Source: Candidatus Moraniibacteriota bacterium
Lineage (GTDB): Bacteria > Patescibacteriota > Minisyncoccia > Moranbacterales > UBA1568
Direction of reading: 5' to 3'
DNA length: 53,552 nucleotides
Assembly (NCBI GenBank): GCA_016182385.1
Contig: JACPGV010000002.1
Span: 1 to 53,552 of the forward strand
Each line of letters begins with the position of its first letter. Positions within the stretch are counted from its first letter, which is position 1. The notes under the pieces are model-generated. The model was not told the DNA's origin and ran no database searches. It saw only the letters and a program-made list of their open reading frames with translations. Shown one piece after another: positions 47,300 to 53,552 of this stretch. The position numbers were made by a program, and so were the translations under genes.

Positions 47300-48565
47300 A
47301 TGGATTTTTCTTTTTTTCGAAAATTTTCTTTGTATAGCAGCACTCAATTTGTTGTTGTGGGTATTGGTTTTTTGGTAATGGGGGTATTTTTTTGGTTTTT
47401 CTTTACCCAAGAAAAAAAAGAGGAACGCGATCTTTCGGAAGAACCTTTGTCCGCATATGGTGAAATAACACCCCTTTCTGAATGGGTGGATGAAGAGCCG
47501 GTATTTGATAGTGGAAATGGGGTAAAAGTTGAAACGGAAGATGGCGATGAGGAAACGCTTCTTCCGCCACCACCTCCGCCTATAATGGAACGTATGAAAG
47601 CGCAGGGATGTGTTACGGACGGATTTTTGTCCGGATACGGTGGTGATATTAATAGCTCTATTGCTCTTGTGAATCGTTCGAAATGTTATTATTTGCATCG
47701 GGCGCTTGAGACATGGCTTCGCCCGCCAGATTTTAAATTGGCTCGAAAAATACAGAAAAAAGTAACTAAGCCAAATACCGTCTACGGAATGTTTATTGCT
47801 GAAGCGATTGATACCAAGGCAAATTATCATTATCCCGCGGAAGATCGAGACTTTGATTTTTCAGAGATGTGTCGTTCGGGAAGTAAGAATTATTGGGGGG
47901 AACACACATGTAAACCATCGCTTGAACGTGAGGAGTACCGGAAATACGTGCAGTATATCGCGGAGCAAGCGATGGACATGGGTATACAGAGTTTTCTTTT
48001 CGGACAGGTGTTTTATCAGGATACGAGCGATCTTTCCAAGACACGTATGCCGGAGATTATGCAAAATATGCGAGAGTATGCCGATTTTCGTGGGATAAAA
48101 ATTTTTATTGGCGCGCAAACAAATGATATTACGGACGAAAATTATTTGCGGTTGTTTGATTATATTGAAGGCGGAGTTGGATTGGCGTCGGATGGCAGCA
48201 TTGAAGAAGGACCGTGCTTTTCTCGTTGGTGGAAAAAACCGGGAGATTGGTGTTGGGCGCTTTTGTGGCACGAACAATTCTCTTCGCGCGTGAGCAATGT
48301 TTTTCTTCATTTTGATTGGAGCGGAAAACTCGGCGATGATATGGATGTTTTTACCAAAATGAACAAAGAAAAACGGGCCGAAACTCTTCGTTCGTTACAT
48401 CAATTTTTTCTCAAGAAAAAAATGGGATTTCTTTTGCCGATGCTTGCGACACTCCATAAAGACGATGTCGGCTGTCATGGTCCGAAAAAACGTTTTTATT
48501 CCGCCAGTCGTAAATATTCTTGTCAGGATGAAGACGCGATCAACGCGATCCTCTCGGGAAGATAA
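47300..48565 (+). CDS. Membrane-anchored hypothetical protein
   Basis: N-terminal TM, acidic/Pro linker, Cys- and Trp-containing globular domain. Confidence 0.7.
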   Translation: MDFSFFRKFSLYSSTQFVVVGIGFLVMGVFFWFFFTQEKKEERDLSEEPLSAYGEITPLSEWVDEEPVFDSGNGVKVETEDGDEETLLPPPPPPIMERMKAQGCVTDGFLSGYGGDINSSIALVNRSKCYYLHRALETWLRPPDFKLARKIQKKVTKPNTVYGMFIAEAIDTKANYHYPAEDRDFDFSEMCRSGSKNYWGEHTCKPSLEREEYRKYVQYIAEQAMDMGIQSFLFGQVFYQDTSDLSKTRMPEIMQNMREYADFRGIKIFIGAQTNDITDENYLRLFDYIEGGVGLASDGSIEEGPCFSRWWKKPGDWCWALLWHEQFSSRVSNVFLHFDWSGKLGDDMDVFTKMNKEKRAETLRSLHQFFLKKKMGFLLPMLATLHKDDVGCHGPKKRFYSASRKYSCQDEDAINAILSGR

Positions 48566-48661
48566 TCAAAGAAAGATATTTTTTAATCAATCATTTTTCC
48601 TCTAGGGCACGCGCTTGTTATTTGCTATACTGAGAACATGTTCTCTGTTTCTATGGTAAGA

Positions 48662-48964
48662 ATGTTTCAAAAAAAGATTGAAAACTTTCGGTGCGGTCAT
48701 TGTCATCAAGACGTCCGCGGGAATGGCTATACCAATCATTGCCCCCAATGTCTCTATAGTCGGCACGTAGATATATACCCCGGTGATCGTTTGGCAATCT
48801 GTGGTGGACTTATGGAACCGATTTCTTTGCAGGCACATGGGAAAAAACAGATACTCGTACATCGATGCCTTGTTTGCGGCCATGAAAAAAAGAACAAAGT
48901 TGATGCTGAAGATGATTTTGAGATGTTGCTTGCTCTTGCTAAAAAAAACGACAAACATTGTTAG
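48662..48964 (+). CDS. RNHCP-domain zinc-binding protein
   Basis: F.C.HC, YTNHCP.CLYS.HVD..PGDR...CGG.M. Confidence 0.85.
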   Translation: MFQKKIENFRCGHCHQDVRGNGYTNHCPQCLYSRHVDIYPGDRLAICGGLMEPISLQAHGKKQILVHRCLVCGHEKKNKVDAEDDFEMLLALAKKNDKHC

Positions 48965-48984
48965 AAAAAATACAAAAAGAGAGT

Positions 48985-51501
48985 ATGACATGGAAAAAAT
49001 TTTCCATTAAAGATATTGCGCAAATATTCTTGGAATTTCAAACCGCTGCGGGCGGTCTTGTTCCGTCCGTAGCGCATGATCGCTTGCAGAGAGAAGGGAA
49101 AAATAGTATTGAAGAGCAACCCTTTTCTTTGTCTGTTCTTGTGAAACGACGTTTTCGTTCCTCGTTTTTGTATATTTTGCTTTTAGCTTCTCTCCTTTCT
49201 TTTTTTCTGGGAGATCGTTTTGAAGCAGGTCTGATTCTTCTTTTTGTCGGTATCAATGTTTGTTTGGAAACATATCAGGAATATCGCTCGTTTCATGCTT
49301 CGAAACTGCTGAAACGGTATCTGGTAACTTTTGTTCGGGTACGACGAGAGAATCAGATTTTTTCGATTGAGAGTGAAAATGTTGTTCCGGGTGACATTAT
49401 TCTTCTTGAGCCAGGCAATCGTTTGGCGGCGGACGTGCGTTTTATTCATACCAACGGACTCGTTATTGATGAAAGTGTTTTGACCGGAGAATCCGTGTCC
49501 GTGCACAAGATAGCAGATACGGCTCTGGCGGAGCCAAAAGAGATGTCAGAGGCGAAAAATATCGGTTTTGCCGGCACTGTGGTGACGGCGGGTATCGGAG
49601 AAGGTGTGGTGTTCGCGACGGGACGACATACGGTTATTGGTGATATCGCCGCTCTTACGGAAGAGGGGGAACACAAGACGGAATTTGAAAAAGATATAAT
49701 TGAGTTTAATCGTTTCATCATCAAGTTGGTCTTTTTGACGATCACGCTCATTTTTTTGGCCAATATTTTTATTCGAGATGGAAGCATAGAAACCGCCAAA
49801 CTTTTTATTTTTTCTTTGGCCTTGGCGGTCTCTGTCATACCTGAGGCGTTGCCGGTCATCGTGACGGTGGCGCTTTCTCGCGGATCGCTTCGTTTGGCTC
49901 AGAAAAAAGTTATTGTCAAAAGACTTTCGGCAATTGAAGATCTTGGAAGCATTGAAGTTCTTTGTACCGATAAAACCGGAACGCTCACGGAGAATGTGCT
50001 TTCTGTGAGTCGCGTAGAGGCGGATGAGCCGAATCTTTGTTTGCGATTGGCGTTTGCGGCGGCACTGGTGACGCCAATGAAACGACAAGCGCTCCACGAT
50101 GCTTTTGATCTTGCTTTGTGGCATAAACTTTCCTCTGCGGAAAAAGAAGCGGTATGGCGCATGGAACGACTGGATCATATTCCTTTTGATCCGGAGCGCC
50201 GACGGAATAGTGTTCTTTTGAGCGTTCCTCGTGGGAAGAATGAAATCATAGTACGTGGCGCGCCGGAAGAAATTATGAAACGTTCTCACAATGTGGATAC
50301 TTTCGCCATAAAGCATCTTACGGAAAAGATAGAGGAGGCAGGACGAAAAGGGGAGAGGGTGTTGGCTGTCGCGCGTCGGATATTTCCTCATCATCGATAT
50401 ACGATGTTTGAAGAACAACAACTGGAATTTATCGGACTCATTTTTTTCGTTGATCAACTCAAAAAAACAGCTAAGCATACTTTGGATCAGGCCGCCTCTT
50501 TGGGTGTGGAGGTAAAGATTTTGACGGGAGACAGTAAAGAAGTGGCTGGTGCTATTGGGAGCGCCGTTGGGTTGATACAAAATTGTGATGATACGGTGAC
50601 GGGCGCGGAGCTTTTCGCTTTGTCCTATGAAGAGAGACGGCAGGTGGTTTTTGCCAAGAAAGTATTTGCACGAGTTTCGCCACGTGAGAAATATGAAATT
50701 ATCAAGATGCTTAAAGAACGAAAGACGGTTGGTTTTCTCGGGGAGGGAATTAACGATGCGCCGGCGCTCGGACTTGCCAACGTGGCGCTCGTCGTGCAAC
50801 ACGCTTCCGATATCGCGCGGGAAGCGGCAGATGTCGTATTGCTTCAAAAAAGTCTGGAAACGGTTATTGATGGTATCAAGGAAGGAAGAACTATTTTCGC
50901 TAATATTCGCAAGTATTTGAAAATTACGCTTGCCTCGAATTTCGGTAATTTTTATTCCGTAGCGTTGGCATCGCTTTTTTTGCCGTTCGTGCCTTTGTTG
51001 CCGATTCAGATACTTCTCCTCAATCTTCTTTCGGATTTTCCTATGATCGCTATCGCTACCGATACTGTTGATGAAGAAGAACTTGAACAGCCGAAAACAA
51101 CCTCAGTTCACTCTATTATTCTTCTGGCAACTTTTTTTGGTATGATCAGTTCCGTTTTTGATTTTATTTTGTTCGGATATTTTTCCCAAATTTCCGAGAC
51201 TGCTTTGCAGACAGCGTGGTTTTTTCTTAGTTTGGGAACAGAAATTATTCTCATTTTTTCTTTACGTACCAAACTTCCTTTTTTCTTTTCTCAGCCAGCG
51301 TCGTTTTTTTTACGAGGATTTTCCTTGTTTGCCGTTTTTTTGGGTATTGGTATTTTTTTCACCCCGCTCGGAGAGATGATGCATTTTTTGCGGCCGACAC
51401 AAGAACTGCTTATCGTGGTAATGGTTTTGATCGGTGGATATTTCTTGGTCACGGAGATTGCCAAGCGTTTTTATTATCGAGGAATTGGAAAAGTTGTTTG
51501 A
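48985..51501 (+). CDS. P-type cation-transporting ATPase (Mg2+/Ca2+-type)
   Basis: LTGES, PEALP, DKTGTLT, TGD, GEGINDAP. Confidence 0.92.
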   Translation: MTWKKFSIKDIAQIFLEFQTAAGGLVPSVAHDRLQREGKNSIEEQPFSLSVLVKRRFRSSFLYILLLASLLSFFLGDRFEAGLILLFVGINVCLETYQEYRSFHASKLLKRYLVTFVRVRRENQIFSIESENVVPGDIILLEPGNRLAADVRFIHTNGLVIDESVLTGESVSVHKIADTALAEPKEMSEAKNIGFAGTVVTAGIGEGVVFATGRHTVIGDIAALTEEGEHKTEFEKDIIEFNRFIIKLVFLTITLIFLANIFIRDGSIETAKLFIFSLALAVSVIPEALPVIVTVALSRGSLRLAQKKVIVKRLSAIEDLGSIEVLCTDKTGTLTENVLSVSRVEADEPNLCLRLAFAAALVTPMKRQALHDAFDLALWHKLSSAEKEAVWRMERLDHIPFDPERRRNSVLLSVPRGKNEIIVRGAPEEIMKRSHNVDTFAIKHLTEKIEEAGRKGERVLAVARRIFPHHRYTMFEEQQLEFIGLIFFVDQLKKTAKHTLDQAASLGVEVKILTGDSKEVAGAIGSAVGLIQNCDDTVTGAELFALSYEERRQVVFAKKVFARVSPREKYEIIKMLKERKTVGFLGEGINDAPALGLANVALVVQHASDIAREAADVVLLQKSLETVIDGIKEGRTIFANIRKYLKITLASNFGNFYSVALASLFLPFVPLLPIQILLLNLLSDFPMIAIATDTVDEEELEQPKTTSVHSIILLATFFGMISSVFDFILFGYFSQISETALQTAWFFLSLGTEIILIFSLRTKLPFFFSQPASFFLRGFSLFAVFLGIGIFFTPLGEMMHFLRPTQELLIVVMVLIGGYFLVTEIAKRFYYRGIGKVV

Positions 51502-51552
51502 TGGCAAGTTTTTTTTGATAAAAATCGTAACGATTACTTTCTTGAGTTTTGT

Positions 51553-51587
51553 AAAAAAAACAAAACCCGCTTTCTTTGAAAGCGGGT
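51553..51587 (-). terminator. Intrinsic terminator of the minus-strand orphan gene
   Basis: ACCCGCTTTC/GAAAGCGGGT stem, then T run on the minus strand. Confidence 0.7.
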
Positions 51588-51600
51588 GGGTGAAGAACAC

Positions 51601-51951
51601 CTAACAGCCCTGACAGAGGATTTTTCCCCTGCGCACGAGAGTCTTTTGGTTCAAAGCCCCCGTTTGCGCTTCGAGGTGACACTGGGACCGATGGGGGCAT
51701 TCTTCTCCCTCTTCGATGAGCGGCGGAAGCGTCCGATCAATGAAGAAGGGAGATGGCTTCGATCTTTTTTGATCGAATTTGCCATCATCATTCCAATCAC
51801 CATCTGTCTCGTCCTCTTCTTGGAAAAAGTGTGGGGATTGGGCGATTCGCCCACCCCAAGGAACAGTCATCGGCTCTTCGTTGTCGAAACAATGACCCAT
51901 TCCCGCTGGCGGAACAAACAGGCTCATGAGAGCCGTCACTGGCTGAGACAT
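51601..51951 (-). CDS. Hypothetical (orphan) protein
   Basis: AAGGAGG RBS 7 nt before the ATG and a terminator right after the stop. Confidence 0.5.
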   Translation of the reverse strand: MSQPVTALMSLFVPPAGMGHCFDNEEPMTVPWGGRIAQSPHFFQEEDETDGDWNDDGKFDQKRSKPSPFFIDRTLPPLIEEGEECPHRSQCHLEAQTGALNQKTLVRRGKILCQGC

Positions 51952-52079
51952 TTTATACCCTCCTTACCCTGATGAAAAAAACCAACCATTTCTTCATTGA
52001 TACAGCGAAAGAAACGGTGTAAATAGCATAATTCTTTTTTTGAAAAAAAACAACCCCATCTTTTTGATGGGGAAGTGAA

Positions 52080-53339
52080 TTATTTTTTATTGGCGATTTC
52101 TTTGGCGAGTAAAGAAATGACGTCATTGAGTGGCATGGTGCCGATTTTCCCTTGGTCACGGCTTTCCAGAGTAACCGTATCATGTGAAACCTCTTCATCG
52201 CCAACGATAAGAAAAAAGGGAGTTTTTTGCATTTTGACGGTTCGGATACGCTTACCGAGTGATTCATCGCCCGCGCTTATTTCCGCGCGCAGTCCTTCTT
52301 GGAGGAGATTTTTGTGAATCTTTTTCGCATAAGCAAGATGTTTTTCGCTGACAGGGAGAACCATAATCTGTACGGGAGAAAGCCACAAGGGGAAAGCACC
52401 AGAAAAATGTTCGATAAGAAAAGCGATGACACGCTCAATGGCCCCGATAGAGGAACGGTGTACGACAACAGGACGTTTCTCTTTTCCGTCCGCGTCGATG
52501 TAGTTTAAATTGAAGCGATCTGGCATACAGAAATCGTATTGTACGGTAAAGGCCGTGTTTTCTTTTCCGCGAACATCTTTCATTTGGATATCGATTTTTG
52601 GACCGTAAAAAGCCGCCTCATTGGTCGCTTCGACAAATTTTCCACCGCGTTTCGAAAGAACGTCACGAAGCATAGCCTCTCCTTCTTCCCATGCCGTATC
52701 GTTTTTATAATATTTTTTTTCATCGTTTCTGTCACCGAGGGAGAGTCGATACCAGTAATCTTTCCCAAGTGTGAGATTGAAAACTGAGGCGATGTGTTCG
52801 ATGAGATCAAGTGCGCGACCAATTTCTTCGGCCGCCTGATTTTTGTCAGCGCAAATGACGTGAGCGTCAGCTAGACAAAAACTTCTCACGCGCACAAGTC
52901 CGGCGAGTTCTCCGGAACCTTCGTATCGATACAACTTGGAGAGCTCGGCAATACGCATGGGGAGTTCGCGGTAGCTATGGGGACAGCGGTTGTATACTTC
53001 AAAATGGTGAGGACAAGTCATTGGTCGGAGCATGAATTCATGTTCATCGATCTGAATGGGAGCATACATGGAATCCTTGTAGTACGGATAATGCCCTGAT
53101 TTTTTGTAGAGATCAAGTTTGGCAATATCTGGAGTGACGACATGTTGATAGCCCCAAGAGATTTCGGTATCGATGACAAAACGTTCAAGAATGCGGCGAA
53201 GAGTCGCTCCCTTGGGAAGCCAAAGGGGTAATCCTGATCCGACAAGGTCAGAAAAAGTAAAAAGATCCAATTCTTGACCTAAGCGACGATGGTCATTTTC
53301 AGCAAGCGATTCTTTATCTTTTTGTTCATGGGAAGACAT
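52080..53339 (-). CDS. thrS: Threonyl-tRNA synthetase, short form without N-terminal TGS/editing domains
   Basis: Starts at DHRRLG; LRPMTCPHH, YRYE.SG, AFYGPKID, VHRS..G..ER. Confidence 0.93.
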   Translation of the reverse strand: MSSHEQKDKESLAENDHRRLGQELDLFTFSDLVGSGLPLWLPKGATLRRILERFVIDTEISWGYQHVVTPDIAKLDLYKKSGHYPYYKDSMYAPIQIDEHEFMLRPMTCPHHFEVYNRCPHSYRELPMRIAELSKLYRYEGSGELAGLVRVRSFCLADAHVICADKNQAAEEIGRALDLIEHIASVFNLTLGKDYWYRLSLGDRNDEKKYYKNDTAWEEGEAMLRDVLSKRGGKFVEATNEAAFYGPKIDIQMKDVRGKENTAFTVQYDFCMPDRFNLNYIDADGKEKRPVVVHRSSIGAIERVIAFLIEHFSGAFPLWLSPVQIMVLPVSEKHLAYAKKIHKNLLQEGLRAEISAGDESLGKRIRTVKMQKTPFFLIVGDEEVSHDTVTLESRDQGKIGTMPLNDVISLLAKEIANKK

Positions 53340-53365
53340 AGGAATGAAATCAATTTTTGTGTGAC

Positions 53366-53552
53366 TTAGCGGACTTTTTCCTCGACTGTTTGAATGGAAA
53401 GATTGATGTCTTTTTGCAGTTCCAGTGATTGAGTATACTCTTTTTCGTTTGTTTTGATAACTACGGTTACTGGAATGGTGCCGGCACCGGATTGTTTTTG
53501 AATGAGAAGGCGGTAATTTTCTACGGTGATAGTTTCCGGTAATTCATATTGT
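53366..53552 (-). CDS. 3' end of a probable DUF4012-like surface protein (partial)
   Basis: Minus frame ...YELP...YRLLIQKQSG...VR*. Confidence 0.5.
   Translation of the reverse strand, partial: QYELPETITVENYRLLIQKQSGAGTIPVTVVIKTNEKEYTQSLELQKDINLSIQTVEEKVR

Noticed and set aside
51586-51972. Plus-strand 128-aa ORF
   Set aside because: RBS and terminator orientation favour the minus-strand ORF 51601-51951
1-53552. Additional DGR target genes in the window
   Set aside because: By eye no other ORF end resembles the TR or IMH; remote targets elsewhere in the genome cannot be excluded

Overview
A 53.5-kb chromosomal segment of a small-genome bacterium. The gene set (short ThrS lacking the N-terminal domains, short SufD, DUF4012-like gene, many orphans) points to Patescibacteria/CPR, probably Parcubacteria such as Moranbacteria; this assignment is inference. 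Most of the window is housekeeping or redox genes: ABC transporter, thiol-redox genes, HRDC-xseA/xseB, nirK, 2-oxoacid:ferredoxin oxidoreductase, suf genes, tRNA-modification genes, mutY, lgt, nusA, ppa, tig, clpP, gpmI, rny, HU, two tRNAs, a P-type ATPase and thrS. The main feature is a complete diversity-generating retroelement (DGR, about 13850-16556) lying between sufD and sufS. It has a target gene with a variable repeat (14542-14662) and a template repeat 450 bp downstream (14992-15112), with 16 mismatches at template adenines. It also has a YADD reverse transcriptase and an avd gene that the ORF track missed. The avd gene is on the opposite strand, overlaps the RT head-to-head, and is frameshifted at a shared G9 tract, a candidate phase-variable on/off switch. 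The target promoter shares its -35 region with the divergent sufS promoter, next to a second copy of the putative Rrf2 operator. Other highlights are a 168-bp palindromic element inserted in frame in mnmA and a candidate ~135-nt structured ncRNA between mnmA and mutY. All alignments and folds were done by eye; no database searches were run.
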